Shown here one piece after another: positions 56,001 through 64,000 of a stretch of 64,000 nt of DNA. Position 1 is the first letter of the stretch, and every line of letters starts with the position of its first letter. The notes below the pieces were generated by a model. The model ran no database searches. It saw nothing but the letters and a program-made list of their open reading frames with translations, and was not told where the DNA came from. The position numbers and the translations under genes are program-made. Origin of the DNA: an uncultured Chloroflexia bacterium (GTDB lineage: Bacteria; Chloroflexota; Limnocylindria; QHBO01); contig CAWIVT010000006.1 in NCBI GenBank assembly GCA_963839635.1, positions 22,936-86,935 on the forward strand, in the 5' to 3' direction.

Positions 56001-57539
56001 GCCTCGGCTTCGGGCCGTGCCCAGCGCAGCGAGAAGACGGCAGCGGGCGCGCGCTGCTCGAGCTGCACCGAGCCGCCCATCGCCTCCATGGTGGCCTTCA
56101 CCAGGTAGAGCCCGAGCCCCAATCCCCTGCCGGCCGACACGCGATCCTTGAAGAGCCTCCGCGCAACGTCGTCGCTGATGCCCGGGCCCTCGTCCCTGAC
56201 GCGCAACGTGACCTGGTCGCCGTCGCGCACCTCGACGTGGATCGCGCCACCCGCCGTCGAATACCGGTCTGCGTTGGTGAGCAGGTTCGTGATGGCCTGC
56301 TCGCTCAGGTGGCGATCGCCGAGCACGGAGGTGCCGTCCGGGATCGCCACGCGCACCTGGCGGGTCGATCCCCGCGCCCGAAGCCGCTCGATCGCCGCCG
56401 CGAGCGCCGGCCCGAGCTCGAATGCTTCCCGGCGCGCCTCCACGTGACCCGAGTCGGCGCGCGAGTAGAGCTCGAGGCGTTCGAGGATGCCGATCGCAGC
56501 ATCGACCGACTCCAGTGCGCGCGCCGAGTGGGCGCCGGCGCGCGCCGGAAGCGATGGGTCTCGTTGCGCGAGCTCGGTCCGAGCCTTCGCGACCGCGAGA
56601 GGATTTCGCAGCTCGTGGGCCACGAAGCTGGCGAAGCGAGACAGCCGCCGGCGCTCATCCTCCTCCTTGCCGATGTCCCGCAGCAGGAGCACCGCGCCAC
56701 CACCAGGGATCGGGGTCCCCTCGGTGTCGACGATCACGTCGCGGCCGGACATCGGGATGCGCAGCGTCAGGCGTCGCCGGAATGCCTCGTTCTGCGCCCG
56801 GACCTGGGGCCACTCCTCGCGCGGAAGCGCATTCCCCTGCTCGTCGCGCGGCTCGGTCGCGCGGCCCCAGTCGTCGAGTGGCCGCTCCACGAAGCTCCGC
56901 CCGAAGAGCTGGAGCGCGGCCCGATTACCGTATGTCCCGCGCAGCTGGTCGTCGTACACCACCAACGGCTCGGGAATCGCCTCGGCCACCTCCTCCAGCC
57001 GCGCGCGCTCGTGCTCCGCGGCCGCGAGGGCCGCATCCAGCTCGCGGCCGGCTTCGCTCCAGGCGCTCGCGCTCCACGTCCGCCTGCCGTCGCGCGTCGA
57101 GGCTCGCGGCGAGGGCGCGGAAGGCGATGGCGCGATGCTCCTCCGCGCGCCGGGCGAGGAACACGATCACCGGCGTTCCGAACAGGTATGCGACGAGCCG
57201 CACCGTGTCGCTGAGTGCCCAATTCCCCGCCTGGACAAGCGCAAGGGCGACGATGACCGTCCCCGCCACGTAGCCCCATGCCGCCGCCGCGTAGCCGACC
57301 GCGAAGCCGACGATGGCGATGGCGAGCACGATGAGCACCATGTACGGCAGGCGCTCGTGCTGGACGGTGGCAAGCCACACGCCGAGCAGGGCAGCCCCCG
57401 AACCGGCGAGGGCTCCCAGCAGTGCTCGGCGATCGAGCCAGGAACGCACGGTGGCGCCGATCAGCGGGAGGGACGCCCGACGGGCGCTCGCCGTCTGGCC
57501 CGTCCGAGGCGTTCGCGCGCGACGGCGATCCGACGCCAT
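55997..57539 (-). pseudogene. sensor histidine kinase (N-terminal TM region, PAS-like, HisKA, HATPase_c); one frame change near 57050
   Basis: The TM part is in ORF 56925..58265 (LLGALAGSGAALLGVWLA...MVLIVLAIAIVGFAVGYAAAAWGYVAGTVIVALALV). The catalytic part is in ORF 55997..56989: H-box FVAHELRNPLAV, N-box NLLTNADRYS, G1 VRDEGPGI and G2 GRGLGLGLYLV. The start lies between 57449 and 57539. There is no adjacent response regulator. Confidence 0.8.
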
Positions 57540-58606
57540 GGTCCGTGCACGCGTCGAGGGTCCAGCGCCTCGGGCCGCTCGCCTCGAGCGATCTCCGCCA
57601 GCAGCGCCGATGCGCGGTCGAGCTGGCCGGCCTCCGTGAGGAGCTGAATGAGGCTGAACCAGCGGCCCGGCTCCGGAATGGGAGCGGCCATGACGCGTTC
57701 CACGAGCTCGGCAGCCCGTCCGTGATTGCCGGCGCGCCGATGGGCGACGATCGCGGCGCGGTAATCCGTGAAGCTGGGCTCCACCTCGAGCGACTCGAGG
57801 AAGTTGAGCAGCAGCTCCGCGTTCTCGGCGCGGCGCGCCGCAGGCCCGCGCCGAACGTGCGCGTCGCGGTACACCCCCAGCACGACGCGGAGCTCGCGCT
57901 CGGCCCACTGTCGTCGCGAGGAGCCCGGCGAGTGGCGCTCGGCGATGGCCCGCAGCGTGATCGCGCCACGCAGCTCCTCCCCCGCCGCGATGTACGCGTC
58001 CCGCAGGTTGGCGTCCACGATCTCGGCCAGCGGCGGCTCCTGCGCCACGATGCGCTCGAGCACGCCGAGCCAATCCTCGGTCCGGCCGCGCTCCGCGTAG
58101 TGCCGCGCGGCGAAGCGCAGCCAGTAACGCTCGTTGTGATCTCGCCAGTCCTGGCCCGCGATGTGGTTGTCGATGATCCAGCGCTCCTGCGCCACCGGTC
58201 CGGCCATGAAGACCTCTGCCGGGACCCGGAAGCCGGCAGACGATCGCCACTGTGGCTGGTGCCATGGGCTTGGCTCGTCCGGCTCATATCGGCGCTGGTG
58301 CCGGCGTCTCGGCGGACGAGGAGCCTCGCCGTCGTCGAGCGGCCAATCGAGCCTGTCGGCGCGGCCGGCCTCCAGCGCGTGGTCGTAATGCAGGCGCCGA
58401 AGCGGGTCTCGCAGCTCGGCCCAGGCCCGGTTCAGGATCGAGGTCCGCCGGGTGGCGACGTCGGACGAGGGCGCCCGGTCCGGATGATGCTGCAGCACGG
58501 CGTCCCGGAAGGCCGCCCGCAGCTCGGCGCCCGTGGCGGACGGCTCGACACCCAGGACCTCGTAGAAGTCCCGTAGCTCGGAGCGGGCGGGCGCGACGGT
58601 CGACAT
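57461..58606 (-). CDS. J-domain (DnaJ-like) protein with a helical repeat C-terminal region
   Basis: Piece: DFYEVLGVEPSATGAELRAAFRDAVLQHHPDR (HPD motif). The rest is Ala/Arg/Leu-rich and helical. TAGACT lies 7 nt before the ATG. Confidence 0.75.
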   Translation of the reverse strand: MSTVAPARSELRDFYEVLGVEPSATGAELRAAFRDAVLQHHPDRAPSSDVATRRTSILNRAWAELRDPLRRLHYDHALEAGRADRLDWPLDDGEAPRPPRRRHQRRYEPDEPSPWHQPQWRSSAGFRVPAEVFMAGPVAQERWIIDNHIAGQDWRDHNERYWLRFAARHYAERGRTEDWLGVLERIVAQEPPLAEIVDANLRDAYIAAGEELRGAITLRAIAERHSPGSSRRQWAERELRVVLGVYRDAHVRRGPAARRAENAELLLNFLESLEVEPSFTDYRAAIVAHRRAGNHGRAAELVERVMAAPIPEPGRWFSLIQLLTEAGQLDRASALLAEIARGERPEALDPRRVHGPWRRIAVARERLGRARRRAPVGRPSR

Positions 58607-58649
58607 CCGATCGAGTCTAGCGTGGAGGCCAGTCCCTCCTCAGTTCGCT

Positions 58650-59654
58650 ATGCTGCTCGGCATGCCTGCCACGCCCAGCCCCGGGCAGGCCCGGGCCGGT
58701 CATCTCCTGATCATCGGCGGAGCCGAGGACAAGCTCCGCCAGCGCCAGATTTTGGCGCGCTTCGTCGCGCTGGCCGGCGGAACCGACGCTCGGATCGTGA
58801 TCATCTCCACCGCCTCGTCGCTCGGCGATGAGGCCACCGAGCTCTACCTGTCGCTCTTCCGCCAGCTCGGGATCGCCGACGTTCGCGGCATGCGGCCGCT
58901 CGTCCGCGACGATGCCAACGACCGGCGGCTGGTCTCGATGCTCGACGACGCGACAGCCATCTTCATGACCGGTGGCAACCAGCTCCGTCTGTCGAGCGTG
59001 ATCGGCGGCACGCTGCTCGGCAAGGCGCTCATCGACCGGCATCGGCGCGGCGCCATGGTCGCCGGCACGAGCGCGGGCGCCTCGGCGATCGCCAGCCACA
59101 TGGTCGCCTTCGGCACGAGCGGTGCGACGCCGAAGCAGCGCATGACGCAGATGAGCGCCGGGCTCGGCCTCCTGCCCGGCGTGCTCATCGATCAGCATTT
59201 CGAGCAGCGCAACCGGTTCGGCCGGCTGCTGGCCCTCGTTGCGCAGTCACCAGCCCTGCTGGGCATCGGCATCGACGAGGACACGGCCGCCCTGGTGACA
59301 CCGAACGGCATCCTCGAGGTGATCGGCAAGGGATCGGTCACGATCCTCGACCCCGCTCACATCCAGACGGATGCCTACGAGGTCAAGCGCCATCGTCCGA
59401 TCATGGTCTCGGGCGTCATGCTGCACTCGCTGCCGTCCGGCTATCGGTTCGACATTCGCAAGCGGAAGCTGATGGCGCCGCTGCGCCCGGTCAGCGCCAC
59501 CGATCGCGAGCTCGCCAGCCTCCAGGCCGCCACGAACCAGACGCGACGCCTCATCCGCCGCATCGCCGCCGAGGGCGCCGATGACGCGGCACCCGAGCGA
59601 GCCCGGCGGCGCGCATACCGCACCCGCCGGATGAGCCGGGAGGCGAGTGAGTGA
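58650..59654 (+). CDS. cphB: cyanophycinase (S51 peptidase) with a ~55-aa basic C-terminal extension
   Basis: Pieces: HLLIIGGAEDK, AIFMTGGNQLRL, MVAGTSAGASAI (nucleophile Ser) and LIDQHFEQRNRFGRL. The start may instead be the second ATG at 58662. Confidence 0.85.
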   Translation: MLLGMPATPSPGQARAGHLLIIGGAEDKLRQRQILARFVALAGGTDARIVIISTASSLGDEATELYLSLFRQLGIADVRGMRPLVRDDANDRRLVSMLDDATAIFMTGGNQLRLSSVIGGTLLGKALIDRHRRGAMVAGTSAGASAIASHMVAFGTSGATPKQRMTQMSAGLGLLPGVLIDQHFEQRNRFGRLLALVAQSPALLGIGIDEDTAALVTPNGILEVIGKGSVTILDPAHIQTDAYEVKRHRPIMVSGVMLHSLPSGYRFDIRKRKLMAPLRPVSATDRELASLQAATNQTRRLIRRIAAEGADDAAPERARRRAYRTRRMSREASE

Positions 59655-62467
59655 GCGCCCCGGCCAAGCGCGCGACCCCGCGGCGTCGGCGGGCGGCGCC
59701 GGAGCCTCCACCGGGCGCATCCCCACGTCCCGAGCTGAAGGTCGCCGAGACCCGCGTCTACCGAGGGCCGAACTACTGGAACTACGAACCCGCCATCAAG
59801 CTCGTCGTGGATCTCGGCGTCCTCGAGCACTTCCCCACCAACACGATCCCGGGCTTCGTCGAGGCGCTGCTCGAGATGCTGCCCGGTGTCGGCCAGCACA
59901 CGTGCGGCACCGGGCGCGTCGGCGGCTTCGAGGATCGGCTGCGGAACGGCACCTGGGTGGGGCACGTTGCCGAGCACATCGCCCTCCAGCTGCAGCGCGA
60001 GGCGGGCACGGAGGTCGGCCGCGGCAAGACCCGGGGCACAGGCGAACCGGGCCGGTACCACGTCGTCTACACCTTCGGCGAGGAGGCGGTCGGGATAGCC
60101 GCCGGCAAGCTTGCCGTGCGCCTGGTCAACCACCTGGTCCAGGCGGAGGCCGCCTTCGACTTCCGCGCGGAGCTCGAGGCCCTCATCCTGCTCAGCGAGC
60201 GCGCGGCCTTCGGGCCCTCGACGCAGGCAATCCTGGACGAGGCGGCGCTGCGCGACATTCCCTCGATCCGCCTGAACGACCAGTCCCTCATCCAGCTCGG
60301 CCACGGCATCCACCAGAAACGCATCCGCGCCACGATGACGAGCCAGACCGGCGCGCTCGGCGTCGACATCGCTGGCGACAAGAAGCTGACCAACCGCCTG
60401 CTCGCCGCGACCGGCGTGCCGGTTCCGCGCGCCGAAGTCGTTCGCAACGAGGATGCCGCGGCGGCGGCGGCCCAGCGGATCGGCATGCCGGTGGCCGTCA
60501 AGCCGCTTGATGGAAACCACGGCCGCGGGGTCATGCTCAACCTGGCGGACGATGCCGCCGTGCGCGACGGCTATCGCGTCGCGCGCAGCCAGAGCCGCGG
60601 CGGCGCCGTCGTGGTCGAGTCGTACCTGACGGGGAACGACTATCGGTGCCTGGTGATCGGCGGCGTGCTCCGTGCGGTCGCCCAGCGCGTCCCGGCCCAT
60701 GTCGATGGCGACGGCAAGCACAGCGTGACCGACCTGGTCGAGATCACGAACTCCGACCCGCGGCGCGGCATCGGCCACGAGAAGGTGCTGACCCGGATCA
60801 AGGTCGACGAGGAGTCGATCTCGTACGCCCGCGAGCAGGGCTTCGAGCTGTCCGACGTCCCGCCACGCGGCCAGCGCGTCTATCTCAAGCGCACCGGCAA
60901 CATGAGCACCGGCGGCATCAGCATCGACCGCACCGAAGAGGCGCACCCCGACAACGTCGAGCTCGCGGAGCTTGCCGCCAGGGTCGTGGGGCTCGACATC
61001 GCGGGCATCGATCTCATCTGTCCCGACGTGAGCATCCCCGTGCGCGAGACCGGTGGCGGCATCGTCGAGGTCAATGCCGCACCCGGCTTCCGGATGCACA
61101 CCCATCCCACCGAGGGCGAGTCGCAATACGTTGCCAAGCCGGTGATCGACATGCTGTTCCCGCCCGGCGCCGATGCGCGCATCCCGATCGTGGCCGTCAC
61201 CGGCTCGAACGGCAAGACGACGACGGCACGGATGATCAGCCACATCATGAAGGGGATGGGGCGCAAGGTCGGCCTGACCAGCACGGACGGCATCTACGTC
61301 GACGGGCGAATCGTGCGCAAGGCCGATGCGTCCGGCCCGAAGTCGGCATCGATGGTGCTCCAGAACCCGACCGTCGACTTCGCCGTCTTCGAGGTCGCCC
61401 GCGGCGGCATCCTGCGCGAGGGCCTCGGCTACCAGCGCAACGACGTGGCGGTCGTCCTGAACGTGACCGGAGACCATCTCGGGCTGGGTGGCATCACCAG
61501 CGTCGAGCAGCTCGCCGGCGTGAAGCGCGTGGTCGTCGAGGCGGTCCCCCGCGACGGGGTCGCGGTGCTCAACGCCGACGACCCGCTGGTCGCCGACATG
61601 GCACGCCACTGCTCGGGGTCGGTCATCTACTTCAGCATGGATCCCGAGCACGACCGGCTCAAGTTCCAGGCCTCGCGTGGGCGGCGAGCCGTGACGCTGG
61701 AGCAGGGGCGAAACGGCGAGAAGGTCGTGCTCCGGCAGGGCCGCAAGTCAATGGACCTGGTCTGGACGCATCTCATTCCGGCCACCTTCGAGGGCCGCGC
61801 GCGCATGAACGTCCAGAACGCGCTCGCCGCCACCGCCGCGGCGTGGGCGGCCGGTGCCCACCTCCACGACATCCGCCAGGGCCTCAGGACGTTCACGACC
61901 TCCTACTTCATGGCGCCGGGCCGCCTCAACATGTTCGAGCTCGACGGCTACCGGGTCGTGGTCGACTACGCGCACAACCCGCCGGCAGTCCGCGCGCTCG
62001 GCGAGTTCGTCGATCGCCTCGCCGAGCCGTCAGCCGGTGGCGCCCGGCCCGTCGTCACCGGGCGCCGCATCGGCGTCATCGCCACCGCCGGCGATCGCCG
62101 TGATTCCGACATCGTGGAGCTGGGCCAGGTTGCGGCTGCCTACTTCGACGAGATCGTCATCCGCGAGGACGAGAACAACCGCGGCAGGCCGCGCGGCAAC
62201 ACCGCTGCGCTCATCGAGCGGGGCGTGCGATCCGCCGAGGGATCGCGCGTCGAGACCATCACGACCATCCTCGACGAGCTGGAGGCGACCCGCCACGCCC
62301 TGGACATCGCGCGTGACGGCGACGTCGTCGTGGTGTGCGTCGACCACGCCAACCAGGTCTGGAAGGAGCTCCAGCGCCGCGAGCATGGCGCCGCGACCGA
62401 CAGCGATGGCCTCCGCGCCGTGGTGGGCGTCATCGGCGCCGAGGACGAGGTCGACCTCGACCTGTAG
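59651..62467 (+). CDS. cphA: cyanophycin synthetase (N domain, ATP-grasp G domain, Mur-ligase-like M domain)
   Basis: Intact 938-codon ORF. Pieces: RVYRGPNYWNYEPAIKL..., ATP-grasp PVAVKPLDGNHGRGV...EVNAAPGFRMH, and M domain VAVTGSNGKTTT...NVTGDHLG...IATAGDRRD. The GTG start overlaps the cphB stop. Confidence 0.9.
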   Translation: MSAPAKRATPRRRRAAPEPPPGASPRPELKVAETRVYRGPNYWNYEPAIKLVVDLGVLEHFPTNTIPGFVEALLEMLPGVGQHTCGTGRVGGFEDRLRNGTWVGHVAEHIALQLQREAGTEVGRGKTRGTGEPGRYHVVYTFGEEAVGIAAGKLAVRLVNHLVQAEAAFDFRAELEALILLSERAAFGPSTQAILDEAALRDIPSIRLNDQSLIQLGHGIHQKRIRATMTSQTGALGVDIAGDKKLTNRLLAATGVPVPRAEVVRNEDAAAAAAQRIGMPVAVKPLDGNHGRGVMLNLADDAAVRDGYRVARSQSRGGAVVVESYLTGNDYRCLVIGGVLRAVAQRVPAHVDGDGKHSVTDLVEITNSDPRRGIGHEKVLTRIKVDEESISYAREQGFELSDVPPRGQRVYLKRTGNMSTGGISIDRTEEAHPDNVELAELAARVVGLDIAGIDLICPDVSIPVRETGGGIVEVNAAPGFRMHTHPTEGESQYVAKPVIDMLFPPGADARIPIVAVTGSNGKTTTARMISHIMKGMGRKVGLTSTDGIYVDGRIVRKADASGPKSASMVLQNPTVDFAVFEVARGGILREGLGYQRNDVAVVLNVTGDHLGLGGITSVEQLAGVKRVVVEAVPRDGVAVLNADDPLVADMARHCSGSVIYFSMDPEHDRLKFQASRGRRAVTLEQGRNGEKVVLRQGRKSMDLVWTHLIPATFEGRARMNVQNALAATAAAWAAGAHLHDIRQGLRTFTTSYFMAPGRLNMFELDGYRVVVDYAHNPPAVRALGEFVDRLAEPSAGGARPVVTGRRIGVIATAGDRRDSDIVELGQVAAAYFDEIVIREDENNRGRPRGNTAALIERGVRSAEGSRVETITTILDELEATRHALDIARDGDVVVVCVDHANQVWKELQRREHGAATDSDGLRAVVGVIGAEDEVDLDL

Positions 62468-62469
62468 GC

Positions 62470-64000
62470 CTACGCGCCGACCACCTCGCGCAGCCGATCG
62501 GTGGTGACCGGCTCGAATCCCTCAGACCCCAGCCACGAGAAGAGCTCGGCCCGCTCGACGTGGGTCATGACCGCGCAGACGTCTCCACGCTTCGCGCGTC
62601 CGAGGAGGGCGGTCAGCGCCGCCGCCTCGCTGGGGTGCGCGTCGATGCTCCCCGTGTACCCTCCCTGCCGCACGCCGGCCCGCAGGAGCTCGTTCATGCC
62701 CTCGAGCGAACGCCCCCGCAGGTAGTGCTCCTTCTCGGCGATGACGACGTCGTCGGCGGCACCGGCCAGGACGCCCAGCGCGGTCAGGATCTCGTCGGTC
62801 CGGTCGCCTGCCGTGCCGATCGCGAGCCGAACCTTGCCGCGCCCGGCAATCGCCCTCGAGACATCCATCAGTCCGGCCAGCCCGGCCTCGTTGTGCGCGA
62901 AGTCGATGACGACGAACGTTCCCCCTCGCTCGAACAGGTTGAGCCTGCCGGGGTTGCCGGCCGAGTCCTGGGCAAAGGAGCGAAGGCCACGCGCGATGCG
63001 AGCCGTCCTGATCCCCAGCGCGTCGCTGGCAGCCGCCGCGGCCAGCGCGTTGGCGATGTTGTAGCGCGAGAGGCCGGCCACCGTGACCGGGAGCTCGGCC
63101 GCCTCACCAAGGCGCCGCGGCCGCCGTCCGGCACCACGCAGGACGAGCACCTCGTCCTCGAGCACCGCCGCGCGACCGCCCTCGTCCAGCACGCGCTCCA
63201 CTCGGCTCGAGCGCTGCTCGAGGCTGAAGGCGTAGATGTGCGCTCGCGTGCGGCGCTGCATCGCCCAAGCGCGGTCGTCGTCGGCGTTGAGCACGGCCCA
63301 CCCGTCGCGCTTCGTGATTCGAACGATCGCGCCCTTCACCTCCGCCAGCTCGTCGACCGTATCGATCCCCTGCAGGCCGAGGTGATCGGCGGTCACGTTC
63401 GTCACCACGCTGACGTCGTTCTGGGCGTAGCCGATTCCGCGCAGCAGGATGCCGCCGCGTGCGGTCTCGAGCACCGCCAGGTCGAGTCCCGGCTCGGCGA
63501 GCACACGTGCGGCGCCGCCGAAGCCGGTCCAGTCCCCCGCCTCGACCAGCTCGTCGCGGACGTAGATGCCGTCCGAGTTCGTCATGCCCACCTTGAGGCC
63601 CGCCTCCGAGGCGATGTGGGTGATGAGACGGGTCGTCGTGCTCTTCCCGTTGGTACCGGTGATGGCCACGATCGGGATGCGCGCCTTCGGCAGGTGCGGC
63701 AGCGGACCGAGCGCCGTCGCGCGCAGGCCGGCGAGCTCGCGCCGGTCCGTCGATCGACCGAGGGCCACGCGGGCGGCAGCGGAGCCGATGGCCTGGCTGA
63801 TCGTCCGTCGCCGCCACGGAAACGCGAAAGCCGTCCGCAGGCGATCGACCGAGTGCCGCATCGTCATGCGCGGCTCGGGCAGTTCGAGCGCGACCGTCAG
63901 CCGCTTGACGGCATGCGCCGCGCTGGCCGCCACCTCGGCTGCGCGGCCCGGCTCGGTACCGGCGAACTCGAGCTTCACCGCCGGACGCGTGAAGAACCGA
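62470..64000 (-). CDS. Mur-ligase-family protein paralogous to the CphA M domain; ORF still open at the right edge
   Basis: ORF 62470..63978(-), with no in-frame stop in the last 22 nt of the window. Pieces: IPIVAITGTNGKSTTTRLI, TNVTADHLG, LNADD, PGRLNLFERGGTFVVIDFAHNEAGL and AIGTAGDRTDE. The ~100 aa before the P-loop do not look like the ATP-grasp end of cphA. Confidence 0.75.
   Translation of the reverse strand, partial: RFFTRPAVKLEFAGTEPGRAAEVAASAAHAVKRLTVALELPEPRMTMRHSVDRLRTAFAFPWRRRTISQAIGSAAARVALGRSTDRRELAGLRATALGPLPHLPKARIPIVAITGTNGKSTTTRLITHIASEAGLKVGMTNSDGIYVRDELVEAGDWTGFGGAARVLAEPGLDLAVLETARGGILLRGIGYAQNDVSVVTNVTADHLGLQGIDTVDELAEVKGAIVRITKRDGWAVLNADDDRAWAMQRRTRAHIYAFSLEQRSSRVERVLDEGGRAAVLEDEVLVLRGAGRRPRRLGEAAELPVTVAGLSRYNIANALAAAAASDALGIRTARIARGLRSFAQDSAGNPGRLNLFERGGTFVVIDFAHNEAGLAGLMDVSRAIAGRGKVRLAIGTAGDRTDEILTALGVLAGAADDVVIAEKEHYLRGRSLEGMNELLRAGVRQGGYTGSIDAHPSEAAALTALLGRAKRGDVCAVMTHVERAELFSWLGSEGFEPVTTDRLREVVGA

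Overview
This is a very GC-rich bacterial chromosomal segment (composition judged by eye, not computed) made up almost entirely of core genes. I found no transposase, integrase, CRISPR array or obvious defence island.

Lineage (inference only): the gene content suggests an Actinomycetota-like, possibly deep-branching, organism. The supporting genes are an FhaA/FhaB-RodA-PbpA cluster, a SigK/RskA-like pair, DUF2342, DUF3105, DUF3618 with a holin-X family gene, and MoxR-DUF58-transglutaminase.

Gene content, left to right:
- a partial 2-hydroxyacid dehydrogenase, a Zn metalloprotease and murI
- a receiver-MinD/CpaE ATPase, a SAM methyltransferase and an M20 hydrolase
- a UvrD-type helicase-nuclease
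- an ECF sigma / anti-sigma pair with a duplicated lipoprotein and a cupredoxin
- a SelB-wing-like protein with DUF4446, then rarA, an aminotransferase and a histidine phosphatase
- MoxR-DUF58-transglutaminase, then pbpA-rodA-fhaB-fhaA
- a zinc-ribbon/acidic-repeat protein, FmdB, a second receiver-like MinD/CpaE ATPase and another zinc-ribbon protein
- valS behind a Val(GUC) T-box, then a coiled-coil protein and an MscS-like gene
- clpX, ogt, a nucleoside hydrolase, clpP, tig and tRNA-Leu
- an AhpD-like protein, an RnfD-like membrane protein, tRNA-Lys, an MSOX-like oxidase and an M16 peptidase pair
- a complete hisG-D-C-B-H-A-F-IE operon headed by a TrpR-like YerC/YecD gene
- an orphan histidine kinase and a J-domain protein
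- cphB-cphA with a convergent CphA M-domain-like ligase

Major caveat: about 25 genes, including essential ones, are broken by frame changes that cluster in blocks. These are most likely assembly indels. I mark those genes 'pseudogene' strictly in the as-sequenced sense.

I see no clear-cut novel system. The best candidates for a second look are:
- the TrpR-like regulator with a perfect operator palindrome heading the his operon
- the ECF-sigma / duplicated-lipoprotein / cupredoxin module with a shared promoter-like motif
- the orphan receiver-MinD ATPases in a zinc-ribbon-rich neighbourhood
- the G-domain-less CphA paralog
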